From positions 32,001-96,000 of IMG/VR virus record IMGVR_UViG_3300045988_058019: a stretch of DNA of 64,000 bases; one strand, given 5' to 3'. Positions 38,004-50,050 of this stretch are shown piece after piece; position 1 is the first letter of the stretch, and each line of letters starts with the position of its first letter. Made by a program: the position numbers and the translations under genes. The notes under the pieces are model-generated. The model had not been told where the DNA came from and made no database searches. It was given only the letters and a program-made list of their open reading frames with translations. The DNA is from a virus.

Positions 38004-39014
38004 TTAATTAGATTGTTCAGTTAGTTGTTCTTTATATTTCCAGATATACTTAGCGTTGTTCCAAGCACGTTTATTATTTGGATCTATTGGATTTTGCAAT
38101 TGTCTTTGTATACCTCTTCTATCACAACCAGATTCTCTAGATGCTTCAACAATAGAAACATATTCTTTAATTATATTGCCATCTTTATCATATTGATTTA
38201 TAGCTTTAGCTACTTTTAAACCATTTTTAATGGCAATACTCTTTTGTTTTTCAGTTACCTTTCTATTCTTTCTAGATTCTAAATCAGCTTTTCTACAAGC
38301 TTCTGATATAGTAGGCTTCCAATCAGGGTCTTTAGCAAATAAACTAGCTGGAACTGTTTTAGGTACATCGGGGTAGTCTTCTTTGTAAACCCAAATGTAA
38401 GGATTTACTTTAGAACCAGTTATATTTCTACCCTTTAACGCATTAGATAGAGTTGTAACCTGTATTCCTGTTAATCTAGACGCTTCGTTTACACCACAAT
38501 ACTCTGATATAAATTTACCGTCTTTAGTGTATTGTAGCACTGGTTTTCTTCTAGAAGAACCAATATTTCCGGAATTGCGATAAGCTTCTCTTGCTTCTGT
38601 AATTATTTTTCCAGCTTCAGATAGTTTAAGTCTAGTGGCTTCGGTAACTTCTCTACCAATAGCTTTTTGACGAATCTTTTCTTTGGTTTCTTCAGTATGG
38701 CGTCTACCAAAAGTTCCGTCTCCGCCTTCAGTCATATTATAACCAAATTCATCTTGCAATGATTTATATTCGGAAATATAATATTGTTCTTTCTCGGTGA
38801 GTTCTTCCCAACTATTGCAGAAATCTATAAGTTCTATTGAGAAGTTCTCTTTTCCATATTTTCTTATAGCATTATGTAACTTGAAAGGGCATCCGTGCTC
38901 GGCACTATAGATGTGTTCTTTCCACCGAGCACTTATACCTTTACTTGTGATACCTATATATACTTTATTATTAACCTTGTTTGTTATTTTATAAACATCA
39001 TATGAACGCATCAT
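38004..39014 (-). CDS. GIY-YIG homing endonuclease with repeated DNA-binding modules, 336 aa, no TAG
   Basis: N-terminus YKITNKVNNKVYIGIT...RWKEH...YNMTEGG. Repeated units xVxQYxKDGxxIxEYxSxxEAS. Free-standing between the MCP gene and 37246..37998. Confidence 0.85.
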   Translation of the reverse strand: MMRSYDVYKITNKVNNKVYIGITSKGISARWKEHIYSAEHGCPFKLHNAIRKYGKENFSIELIDFCNSWEELTEKEQYYISEYKSLQDEFGYNMTEGGDGTFGRRHTEETKEKIRQKAIGREVTEATRLKLSEAGKIITEAREAYRNSGNIGSSRRKPVLQYTKDGKFISEYCGVNEASRLTGIQVTTLSNALKGRNITGSKVNPYIWVYKEDYPDVPKTVPASLFAKDPDWKPTISEACRKADLESRKNRKVTEKQKSIAIKNGLKVAKAINQYDKDGNIIKEYVSIVEASRESGCDRRGIQRQLQNPIDPNNKRAWNNAKYIWKYKEQLTEQSN

Positions 39015-39097
39015 AATATATAATATTTTTTGTTATATATTATATAACGTTAACCGTGCCGCAAGGTTCCTAATAATTGTATAAAAAAGTTAGTTTA

Positions 39098-40567
39098 TCA
39101 CTCTGCTTCCATGATTAGTTCCCCACACGCACGTGGATCCCTTAACATTATGCCCATTTCTCCAAGGAAGAATACCGTGTAGCCGTCCTTACCATTAGAT
39201 CTCAGAGTATTAATAGACTTACCATAGCCAGACGGAAGAACTGCACCACCAGTAGTCCAAGTTACGAATTCACGATCCTTACGAACTACCTTAACGATGT
39301 TAGCTTCACCATCACGTCTACCCAGATCCAGGAATGTCATACGATATGATTCCAGCGGTTTCAGAGTAACCGGATGCAACTTACGATTGTAAGTAATATC
39401 GTCGTACAGCGGGAAATACTTCAGAGTCAACTCGATACCATTAGTCATCTTATAAGTCTTGAACTGACCACCGAAAGTAAGACTATCACCAGAACCAGTT
39501 ACAAATACAGTATCAATAAGGTTCATGTTAACTACCTTTTCCTTCAGAATTCTATCGAATTCACGGATACCCATTTCACCAGTCAATGCAACAAACTTAC
39601 GTTCGTTAGTACCAAGTACATTGTAAGACAGGTCAAACAGGAAGTCTTCTAGCAATTCTGCAGTAAGATGAGTATAGTAACGTCTGTTAGACGGAGCAAT
39701 CTGTTCCAACAGACCAGCACCAATAAATACTGGACGACCGTTAGTACCCTTCAGATTACAAGAACCATCTTTGTTTACATTAGATTTCATGTAAACCAAC
39801 ATACGTTCACATCTCTTATACCATTCACGCAGAGCTACCCATTCCTGATAATCAGCCCACAAATAAGACTTCTTACCAGTCTTAGGATCTTGCAAAGCAA
39901 TAGCCATTACTGTAGAATAAGCTGAACCAGTAATATCATAGTTGATACGAATTGTAGTAAGATAATTACGCATCTTGAAGTGAGTATTATAGTTCAGGAT
40001 ATCACCCTCTTCACTGTACTCTTCAACAGCAGAAGCCAGACGAGATACTTGGCAACCCGGTTTCAAGAGTTCTGCAGGAATATAAGAAGTAGGCTGACCA
40101 TCAGCTACAAAACAAGTATATACCCACAAGTTACCATCTTGGTACGGAGCACCTGCTACACGTACTTGGAATTCCTTATCGTCAAATTCCAATACAGCAG
40201 TAGGACCAAACCAGTTATCTTCTAACCACAGCATAATCGGTGTATTGCCAAGACCTGCAGTTGAATCATCTGTAATAGCTGCGCCATTCCATTTTGCATC
40301 TCTAATTGTAACTGCTCTATCGGCATCAATCATTACATTCCACTCCCAGCTCGGTTGATCAATGGTCATTACATTACCAAGACCACCAGTAAGCATATCC
40401 AAAGAAGTGTTGTAACCATTATCTTTGGTACCGAATACATAGGACAACACAGTAGCAACCTGATACGGATTCTATTGTGATGCTGCAGAAATCTTAGCGG
40501 TATCAATCAAATCACTGAACCACTTACCTTTATACAGTACCAAATTATTCAGAATATTATTATCCAT
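39098..40567 (-). CDS. Major capsid protein candidate, about 489 codons, a single in-frame TAG
   Basis: Track ORF 39098..40450 extends in frame through TAG 40472-40474 to ATG 40565-40567. TGA stop. Size, position after the scaffold-like gene and G/C-richer codons fit an MCP. Confidence 0.65.
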
Positions 40568-40598
40568 AAAATACTAGTAAATTAATTTTTAGTTATTA

Positions 40599-41759
40599 TT
40601 AATTAGCACGCAATCTTCGTGCGAAGGAATTCCACATAGACTCGGTGCTAGTGTTATCCTGTTTATTAGTCTTTCTACTTACTCCTGTTCTATTAAGGCT
40701 ATTTTTAAACTTGTTAATAGCAGCATTTTGACCTTTTACTTCAGCAGCTTTTACAAGCGTATCTCCTTTCATAGTAAAGTAGGCAGACTCAATTAAATTT
40801 TTTACGCTCTTAGACCAATCTTTTTGAAATTTGGTCATACCATCAGAGGTAGGTTTGAATATATATTCCAACAGTATTTGTTTATCCTTTTCAGGAATTT
40901 TAACACCGCGAATATTATCCATGCCCTTTATTTCGTTGACAACGGTATCAAAGTACTCCTGTTGACGTTGGGCTGCAAGCTTAGCGGCATTTTCTTGGTC
41001 TTTCAATAGCTGTTGTTTCTTATTCTCTCTTATGTCCTTAAGGGCTTCAGCAGCATCTTGAGACTCATCTTCAAGAATACCGGCTTCCTCATATTTAGTA
41101 AGTTTCTTTTCAATCTATTTAGCATTAAAACCCTTTTCTTTAAGGAATTCTTTCAATACTAACTTCTGATTACTTTCATCTTCGAGGTCGATATCATCAA
41201 GATCAATTTCATTGTCAATTGAGAAATAATCTCTCAAATTACCACCATTCTTAACAAACTTATCAAGTTGCTCAACTTCTTCACTAGCGTATTGTGGTAC
41301 TGAGTTTTCTTCAATTACATCGTTAAAGTAATCAATAAGATCTTCAACGGTCTTGGGTTTATCATCATCCTCAATGTCATCCCAACCTAACTTTTCAGAC
41401 AAAGAATCAAAGAAACCTGTTACTATGGTAGTTTCATCAGTAGACTCTTCTGGTTCTTCTTCCTCAACTTCAGGTTCTTCTACTTCTTCTTTTGTAGTAG
41501 TTTTAGGTTTAGCCTTAGGTTTAGATTTTACTTCTTTATCTTCTTCCTTAGATTCTTCCTCTTCCTCAGGTTCAGTTTTAGTATTCTTACGAATGTTATC
41601 TAATTCTTCTTCACTGAGTTCTTCTCCTACTCCTTCAAGATCAATTTTTGTTTCTTCCTCTTCCTCATTAGTAGGAGAAACAATAGGTTTATTCTTTACA
41701 CTTGCTCCTGGCATGAGATCCTCAAATACCTCAAAACCGTTCAATGTTACATTATCCAT
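40599..41759 (-). CDS. Acidic scaffold-like protein, about 386 codons
   Basis: Track ORFs 41115..41759 and 40599..41006 are in the same frame across TAG 41115-41117. Translation between them is continuous. Contains a long Glu/Lys-rich region. Confidence 0.6.
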
Positions 41760-41777
41760 AATTATATATAATTAGAT

Positions 41778-42185
41778 TTATTGTATTTCTTTAAGTTCAT
41801 TTATTTCATGTTTGAGTTCATCGATAGCTTCATCAATGTCCTCTTCTGATTCACTTTCTTCTATATTGTATTCCTTATCAGTTAGACAGTATCTAGATAC
41901 TAATAGATCAAAGTAATATCTCAATTCTTCTTCATTGAAATATTTCTAATTAGTTAGTGCATCTAATTCCTCTCTAGTGAGATTTTTAGCATATAGTGGA
42001 TCTGTCCTAGGATCGAAAGTAGAATAACATGACTAATCTAACCCCGTATAGCTACCATCGTAATAATTGAATATAGTATCGGTACAATATACTGGAGTGA
42101 ATGTTTCGACGTACTATTGCTGCTTCTTGGCAGCTCTAATATAGGTCTATAATTTTATTTCAACTGTTATCGGATCTACTATCAT
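41778..42185 (-). CDS. Hypothetical protein, about 135 codons, acidic C-terminus
   Basis: ATG 42183-42185 overlaps the upstream TGA (ATGA). Several TAG. Ends at TAA 41778-41780, frame consistent. Confidence 0.45.
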
Positions 42186-43306
42186 ACTAATGTTTTATTA
42201 TTCCCATTACTAGTAATTGGAACTGAATTAAAATCTTTCACAAACTACCTTTTACTTTTATAAGTATTAAATAGTTTTTTCATATTATCGTTATCAGAAT
42301 TAAAAATCAAATCCTTTATTTGTTTCAATCCTACTTTACTATCAGGTTTCAATAGATTTTTATTTATCATGTTAGTCCTAAATTCATTCATATGCGATTT
42401 AGTTTCTTCAAAGTTATGTAAATATCTCTAAATCCAATCATACGTTTTAGGATACATAGTTTTAGTCTTTTTGGTATCTACGAATCTATTATCAAATATA
42501 GGCAAACTTAATGCTCCTGCTTTCTAATTATCATAATGACTTTTTTCATGACTTATTAAACCTGGCTATAATTTACCATTCTTAACGTAATCAGAATTAA
42601 TAAATACATAGTCAGGTATATTAGGATCGAAAGAACCATTAGCACTCATTGGTTTTATTCCGATCTACATTAAATCAGGAGAATTTTTACTTTTTGCATA
42701 ATTCTATAACTATTTTGTATAAGTTTTTACATAGTTTGTACCATATTTTTTATCAAAATTAGCTGCTCTTCTTAATGCATCCTCATTCTCTATAAGGCGC
42801 TCGTAACTAGCGTTTCTATCTTCAATAGCCTACTAATATAATTTAATCCTACCATCTCTATAATTTTTTGCTTCGTCTATAGCATTATCTATAGCTTTCT
42901 TATTTACCGTAGGTATTTCTCTTTTAGGAGTAACGCCCTTGTACTTCTTTCTAAAGTTTCTAACAGTAGTAGGTACGAATGATATCATAGTAACCGCAGC
43001 TAATCCAGCACCTAACCAATCTCTATTCTTTACCGCATTATAAGTATCTCTAGCTGATATAGCGTCGCCAATAGGAGTCATATTAGCAGCATCTTCAAGA
43101 CTGAATACAGGTTTTAAGCCTTCCTCTAAAGGTCTACCACTACTACTTCTACCTGTAGCTTGGAAGAATTTCTCCTTCTCAGGATCGCCTGTCTGACCAC
43201 CATCTGCAAATGCTTCTACCTTCCAATCCCAATAGCCTTTACCGGGATTATTCTCCCGGTAAGACTTTAGGTTTTGCATTCTCTATTTAAATGCTTGTTT
43301 ATCCAT
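42182..43306 (-). CDS. HExxH-motif protein (possible zinc metallopeptidase), about 374 codons
   Basis: ATG 43304-43306. Contains track ORF 42833..43279, which ends in TAG. Reading by eye continues to TGA 42182-42184. Motif ISHEKSH. Confidence 0.45.
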
Positions 43307-43385
43307 AATCTTTCAATTATTTCTTTCCGCCTTTTCCACCTTTGGATTTCTTTCCGCCCTTGCAAGCCATAATTAATTCCTCCTA

Positions 43386-43850
43386 TTATTTAATTGTTTT
43401 AAGATATTGTTTCCAATTCTTCTTATTAGCCTTATATGTCTTCTTTCTATCCTTAATCTTGTACTTATCAAGATCTTCAGGCTTACGTGTTTTCAGATAA
43501 TCAAAGTTATCATCATTAGCATAAGCTTCCATCTCATAAGGAATAGTATAGTAAGCACTAGATGCAGGATAAATAATCGGATTACCTTTAATCCATTCCC
43601 ATACATAAGACCAATAATAACTTATCCATCTCTTCTTATCTTTAGCTTCATAAAGATGAATATTTTCATGATTCCAAGTAGTAGGCTTAATCTGAGATTC
43701 AGGTTTTCTACTTAACAAGTAACCACACCAGCTCATTGCAGAATAACCACTAAATGGATAATGATCCATATGCTTATACTCTACTTTATCTGCTTTTACT
43801 TTAGTAAATAGTTGTTTAACTATCCACCATGTTTCTTTAAACCAATTCAT
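43386..43850 (-). CDS. HExxH-motif protein, 154 aa
   Basis: Intact track ORF with motif WNHENIH and TAA stop. Confidence 0.6.
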   Translation of the reverse strand: MNWFKETWWIVKQLFTKVKADKVEYKHMDHYPFSGYSAMSWCGYLLSRKPESQIKPTTWNHENIHLYEAKDKKRWISYYWSYVWEWIKGNPIIYPASSAYYTIPYEMEAYANDDNFDYLKTRKPEDLDKYKIKDRKKTYKANKKNWKQYLKTIK

Positions 43851-43852
43851 AA

Positions 43853-46372
43853 TTATTTACTCTTTTTAGCTTCTGCGTTTGTCTTATTCTTAAGTGCTGT
43901 CTTAGCTTTTAATCTTTCTCTCTCCATTGCTGCTTTATCTTTAGCTGCTTGCAACTTCATTTCGTGATCCATTCTTTCTCTTTCAAGCTGATTTTTCTTA
44001 TCTTCTATCTCTTTCTTCATCTTCTGCTCTCTAATCTTAGCATTGAATTCAAATTGTTTAGAAGCTTCATCAGATGCTTGCTTACGTTCAGCTAAAGCTT
44101 GTTGAGCTATCTCTACTGGATCTGGAATTCCATTACCGTCTTGATCCATATTCTCAGCACCTCTATAGGCATTAAGTTGAGCTACAGTAATCTTAGTAGC
44201 ATTATCTTGATCTATCTTATATTTCTCAAGATCCATTTCTGCTTCTTTAATCATGAGCTCCTCTTCCTTAATCTCATTTTGCATCTGAATAGCTTGCTGT
44301 TCACGTTCTGCTTGAGCTTGTTCCATAGCTTGTTGTTGCTCCATACGTTTTTGCTCAATTTCCTCTAATCTAGACTTAATCATACTAATATTATCCATAG
44401 TAATGATTTCAGCTATATCAAGTAAGCTAGCTCCGTTCTGCATAGCAGGTTGCATTAACTGCTTAAGTGTTTCTATATACTGTTGATTCTTAGTAGTATC
44501 TTCTATAAAGATATCAAAATCCTCATAAAGCATATCATCTGATAGCGTTAAGAATGCTCTAGTAGCATCATCTAATATATATTGTAGATGAGTTTTACTA
44601 CTATCTTTCCAAGCCCATCTAGCAGTATTAAGTAGCATAGTTAAGCATTCTCTCTTTACCTAATTGTGTGTCCAGAACCAAGGTTCAGTAATATGAGCTG
44701 ATTGTACTACAGAACGCTCTACATTACCTACTAATTCATTAGATGAAATAGACCCTTCTCTTTGCTTACTAACTCCAGATATCTCAGATAGCATACTTTC
44801 AATCTTATCCATAAGATTAATATACTAATCTATAGTATTAGCCATAGTAAGGTCAAGAGCTGTAATCTAGTTAAACTGACTAGGTTTACCTCCTTCTCTA
44901 CCAGGTATATCCCATCCTTCTTCATACGGATTAATAAAGTTTACACCAAGAGCAGATAAATAATGCATCCATTTAGATACATCTATATTCATAGATTTTG
45001 GTATCTAAGTAATATCCATATTTACTACTTTACCTTTATCTCTAGCCATAGCAAGCTCAAGTCTATACCATAGTACAATATACATATACTGTAATGGTTT
45101 CATCATGCTTACTAAACTACGTGGTCTACTGTTTGTATTATTATATACTACTCCAGTATAAGGCAATCTCTAAGAGTTAGGATTATCAGATGAAGTATAT
45201 TGATATTCTAATGGTTGTATTCCTATATATAAGTCTTCTCCAGCTCTATATCCTTCCCATACTTCGGTAATCCATTTCCATTCTACATTAAGTTCCATCC
45301 CGGTCTCTTTATAGCTCTCATCTACTTGATATTCTTTAGGCTCACCTAATTCAGGATCAATTATAGTAACAAAACCTATTTTCTTAAATGATTTCCAGCA
45401 ACAGTGCCATACTTTCACACTATTAGTACTATCAAATGGATTACTACTGAATCCGTTAATAGTATGTGTTTTAATATGAGTATAGTCTAAAGATGTCTTT
45501 CTTACTTCAGGATTTATACCTCCTTTAGAAGCTTGATCCATCATATCTAACAACTAATTTAGCTGTTTCTCAGACATCTTATCGTATAATCTATCATATA
45601 GTTCAGTTACAGACATATTCATTTCATAACAACACCATTCTGCGTCATGAATGAATTCCAAGTCGGACGTTTCAGTATCATAATCAAAGTAGATAGGATT
45701 AACACGTTCGAGGCACGGTTCTCCATTCAGTATACCTACATAGTATATCTCTTCACCACCAACTAAAGCATCTTTCCAACCTTTGAAGAATTCATGAGTA
45801 ATGTTTAACTTATTTTTTAAGTAATTAAGACTGTGATATGCAGTTACTTCTGCTATATCTTTATAGTCTTTACTCATGTATTTTTGTATCTACTAAGGAG
45901 TCATTATCTCACCATTCTGTAAAGCTTCCTAGTATCTAGCTTGTTCTTCAGGACCTAATTTACTCATTATAGTAGCCTGAATGTAATCTATTAAAAGCTA
46001 TTTAGCTCTATCCTACATTTCACTAGCAGCTATATCACTTGTACGTACTACTCTGAAGTTGAATGGTCTTTTAGTTTCTTCTCCCAACAGTAAGTCTATT
46101 TTGGGCTTAATTATATTATAATCCTAAGCCATTGCAGGAAAGCCATCCTGCTATTTAAAAGGATTAGTAACATATTTCAGATCTTTTTCATTGTATATAC
46201 TATTATAAAGATCATAGTATGTTTGCATCTCCTCTCTGCGAGTTCTGTTATTACCATTTCTAGAACCTCCTAAACTACGACCTATAACATAGTCTATACA
46301 ACTTTCTTGCCAGTCTTTTGTCTTCTTAGACATAGGAAGTTTCTATATTGGCATTTGATTAATATTATTCAT
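43853..46372 (-). CDS. Portal protein candidate, about 839 codons
   Basis: Track ORFs 46151..46333, 45554..45877, 45170..45553 and 43853..44638 share one frame, and the checked junction stops are TAG. Lies immediately downstream of TerL. ATG 46370-46372, TAA 43853-43855. Confidence 0.65.
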
Positions 46373-46374
46373 AA

Positions 46375-48456
46375 TTAAAACATATATGCTTCGATATTAT
46401 CTATAGCTTCGTCGTCACGAAACCATTCCTGAGTAAATATAGGGCCTTCAAACAGTACCCTATTTCTATTCTCTTTTTTAATCTCTTTTACTTTAACATT
46501 ATATAGCTATTCTCTATATATCATTACTTGGGTCAACGCCATTACACGGTCTACGTTAACTACATCGTTTGCAGCTATAAGTTCCTCTAATAGCGGTTCC
46601 GACATTATATTGTATAAGTTCTTCTTGCCATCTGCATTAATATCGTTAAGCCAATCCTTTATTAGACCCCATCCCCATTGCTTAATCTATTTATTCATGT
46701 GGCAACCTTTCTTTCTATTTACTTTAGAATTACTTACTATATCGTTAATTATATCTGGTTGATCAGCAAGTAAGTAGTCACAATGCTTATTAGTAAAGTA
46801 AACAAATATGCCTTTATTTTGATTCTCATACATTGCTCTAGCATTATAGTATATAAGTAATTTACGTACATTTTCATAAAAATCTTCTGCTGACTTAGGT
46901 CTGCCTGTGTACTCTGCTACTATTATATCTGAATACTATTCTATAGACTATACTCTCTTATATATAAAACAAGAACCCAAAGATGTAGTACTTGATTCAT
47001 CATAGTCGTATGAGTCTATACCTGCAATATACAAACCAGCACTAGCATCCTTATTAGGATGCTCCCATATTACTATAGAACCAGTAGGATCATCTCCTAC
47101 TAATGCTCCAGTAACTTCATCCCTTTTAGTTCTTAATGGGTAATGTGTTATATCTCCTGTCTTCTTAATAACCCATTTAAGACTACCGTCAGGTTGCCAT
47201 ACTAGATCACCTACCTACTTATGATTCTATAATTTTTTATTAGTTCTGAGTAATGATAACTACTCTTGTAATTCCTTCTTGGGGAATATGTTACCATTAA
47301 ACTCTAGCATGGCCTCTGCTGGAGTAATAGGTCTCTCTGCAACGTATCTGTCAACTGCTGCGTTATTAGTGGCATTAGTTATTACTACTTGCCTTTCTGC
47401 TAATATGTGTTCTAAAGACTTCTTACGGTACGTATTACCGTCCTCGTCCATATATATACGTTTACCATTCTCATCACGTATATCTAAGTTAGTATATTGA
47501 GGTACAAAGAAACCACATTTATTAGTAGTAGCAGACTCATCCCATATGTTATCAAACCCTAAACAATTGTATCCATCAGGGTTGTAAAACATATCCTTCA
47601 TAGTTTCAAATGCAGAACCTTCATCACCACCAGTACCCCATACTATCATAGTACCAAAGGCTATACCATCTACCTCTACAGAAGGTCTAGCAATTTGCCA
47701 TGCTGCTCCTAATTCAGAGAAAGAACCACCTTCCTCAAACATAATAAGATTAGCTTTCTTACCACGTACTACATCAGGATTATCTTTCAAAGTAACCCCT
47801 ATAATCTCTGACTTATAACCTAATTCTATAATATTACCGTAGTCATCCTTAGTATAGAATCCTGCACGTCTACGCATCTAAGTGTTAACTGATCTCTTCT
47901 TACCCCACGCAGTATTCTTATCTATAAAGTCCATATAATCCCAAGCTTTAGTAAGAATACCATCATCTGTCAAATACTATTTATTTGATGCATATATGAA
48001 GGTTTTAGAGTATGGTATTAGATAGAAATTACGGCATGCCATAGAACCACCTTTGTATGAAAAACCTTTACGTCTAGACTTAAGTAAGCATAAATGTTTA
48101 CCCTACTCTTGGGCTTCCTATACTGCATTAAAATAGTAATAGTCGTAATCCCAGAAGTCGGGGAAAGTTACCTCATTAACACGTTTTACTTTAGTATTAC
48201 CTAATTCATCTGTAGTAATATGATTGACTATACGAGATATAGGACAATAGTTTAAATAAAAATAGTTATACCCACTAATGAAATCTCCATCATCAGCAGT
48301 ATAACCATCTACGCATCTTTTACTTTCCTCATCCCAGAACTTAAAATATTCTGAAGTACCTTCTGGATATACGCAATAAGAACCAGTAGCTATAAACTAT
48401 AGTGCTGGTCCTCTAAATTTATTACTATTTACTATCTTCTTATTAAAGTCTACCAT
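46375..48456 (-). CDS. terL: Terminase large subunit, about 693 codons
   Basis: ATG 48454-48456. Contains track ORF 47260..47877 with LIMFEEGG and WGTGGDEG motifs. Read through TAGs to TAA 46375-46377, frame consistent. Confidence 0.7.
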
Positions 48457-48457
48457 A

Positions 48458-48643
48458 TTATAATTTTATATCCCAAGTATATTCTTCTTCTGTAATATCT
48501 GTTTGGTTAGGCGGATATGATAAATAATCGCAAGTGGGACACATGCTATATAGTTCATCAATCATTTGCAAGAGTTCTGGAACATTTGGGAAATTCCTGT
48601 TCTCTTCGTTTCCACCAACATTTAAACTTTTCATATTCTTCAT
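48458..48643 (-). CDS. Small hypothetical protein, 61 aa
   Basis: Intact track ORF. TAA stop 2 nt before the TerL ATG. Confidence 0.45.
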   Translation of the reverse strand: MKNMKSLNVGGNEENRNFPNVPELLQMIDELYSMCPTCDYLSYPPNQTDITEEEYTWDIKL

Positions 48644-48696
48644 AATCTAACCAATAAGTATTTCTTCTAACTTTAATCTCCATCATAATATTATTT

Positions 48697-48728
48697 AAAA
48701 GGGGCGCGTTTCACAACGAACCCCTTTC
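48697..48728 (-). terminator. Hairpin/terminator candidate downstream of the tRNA-HEG unit
   Basis: 7-bp stem AAAGGGG/CCCCTTT with a 16-nt loop. On the minus strand it runs into TTTTAAAT. Confidence 0.4.
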
Positions 48729-48923
48729 CGAAAATGGGAAAAAATTATTTTTTAGAAATAGGGAGATTTCTGTAGCTGCAACCTAGTTTCTTAATCTAGG
48801 GATTTATACGCCGTATATTTAGTACTCCCCACCTGGGCTAACATTACCCCAGACTACCTGTTCACGATAACTACCTATCCAACAAGTTTCCTTCTGCTAT
48901 TATAGTTTCAAAGGACTAGTATT

Positions 48924-49904
48924 TTAAGCAGTCTGCTTGCAGTCAGACTGCATTAATTCTTTCTTCCAGATATAACCTTTACACGTCTTAGCTCTACCAT
49001 TGCAAGCTCTCTGTATAGATTTATAGTCAGTGTTTACTGCCTTAGCCGCATTGTGCATTCCCATATAAGTAGCTACTAATATATCATCTAAAGTATACTG
49101 GTAAACTAAATACTTAGTAGATGCCACTCTTAGTTTTTCTTTTTGCTCTTCAGACATCTTTTTACCTTTATTCAATCCAACCATACCTTTAACCCAGTTA
49201 GAATTGCCAAAATATACTTTATTACGTTTATATCTCTTAACCAAGGTAGATTTATTCTTTTCATACTCTTCTAACCATAATGGAATGTTAGACTTTTTAT
49301 CTTCTAATTCTTCTTTAGTATATGCTGCAATAAAATTATTACAAAACGGGTGGATGTAATTATTGTTGCATAGTCTACCTATATTAGAGCGACTCAGGCC
49401 TGTAATAGTTGCTGCATCCTTGATAGTCCAAGCATATATATAATATCTATCAATAAAATTATATAAATGTACACGCTTACCGAATGTACCGTTTGCTACT
49501 AATTTTTTAGTATTTTCAGATACTTTCTTCTTTTGCTCTTCTGTCATCTTGAGTCCAAGAACTCCAAAATCACCACCTTTAGTACAATTGTATCCCTCTG
49601 TATAAGCGTTGTATTTTTCAATATACTCTATTTCTAATTTGTCTAATGTTTGAATTAGTTCTAAATTAGAAATATTTGGATCTGGAATAAATGATTCCAG
49701 TATATCTACAGTAAAGTTATGAAAACCGTACTTATTTATTGCTCTATAAATTGGTAAATCTAATTTTCCATTCTTAGCATTTCGCATATGGTCTTTTAGT
49801 CTTGATCTTAGTTTAACACTTTGACCAATATAACATTTACCATTCACATTATTTTTGATTATATATATACCAGCTAACTTTGGATCTATATCTCTGTATG
49901 TCAT
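48924..49904 (-). CDS. GIY-YIG homing endonuclease, 326 aa, no TAG
   Basis: N-terminus GIYIIKNNVNGKCYIGQS...YNCTKGG. C-terminus CKGYIWKKE. TAA stop. Sits 26 nt downstream of the suppressor tRNA. Confidence 0.85.
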   Translation of the reverse strand: MTYRDIDPKLAGIYIIKNNVNGKCYIGQSVKLRSRLKDHMRNAKNGKLDLPIYRAINKYGFHNFTVDILESFIPDPNISNLELIQTLDKLEIEYIEKYNAYTEGYNCTKGGDFGVLGLKMTEEQKKKVSENTKKLVANGTFGKRVHLYNFIDRYYIYAWTIKDAATITGLSRSNIGRLCNNNYIHPFCNNFIAAYTKEELEDKKSNIPLWLEEYEKNKSTLVKRYKRNKVYFGNSNWVKGMVGLNKGKKMSEEQKEKLRVASTKYLVYQYTLDDILVATYMGMHNAAKAVNTDYKSIQRACNGRAKTCKGYIWKKELMQSDCKQTA

Positions 49905-49930
49905 ATCTGCAAGTTTTATATGAATATTGG

Positions 49931-50005
49931 TTGGGGCGGCAGGGCTCGAACCCGCACATCACAGAGGTTTAGAATCTCCGGTACTACCAATTATACCACG
50001 CCCCA
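49931..50005 (-). tRNA. Amber-suppressor tRNA, anticodon CUA, Gln-like acceptor stem
   Basis: Cloverleaf drawn by hand. Acceptor stem TGGGGCG/CGCCCCA (U1-A72, G2-C71, G3-C70). D-stem GTAT/GTAC. Anticodon loop TTCTAAA (CTA at 49970-49972). T-arm GCGGG-TTCGAGC-CCTGC. There is an A31-C39 mismatch and a 7-nt variable loop. Confidence 0.8.
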
Positions 50006-50050
50006 ATATCACGTGGATATTCTTACCCTCCACGTAAGGGTTCTGATGGT

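Noticed and set aside
43322-43375. Tiny basic ORF (MACKGGKKSKGGKGGKK) between two head-module genes.
   Set aside because: It is only 17 codons with low complexity and no supporting signal. Noted but not annotated.
48644-48923. G/C-richer 280-nt untranslated stretch next to a HEG could be a group I intron core.
   Set aside because: It does not interrupt any reading frame (TerL starts at 48456 with its own ATG), and I could not trace P3-P7 pairings by eye. Left as UTR plus terminator.
1-50000. Fragmented minus-strand ORFs might indicate pseudogenes, sequencing frameshifts or a decayed prophage.
   Set aside because: Fragments of each gene stay in one frame. Every interruption checked is TAG, and TAA/TGA appear only at sensible gene ends. 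A CUA tRNA is encoded. This fits recoding, not decay.
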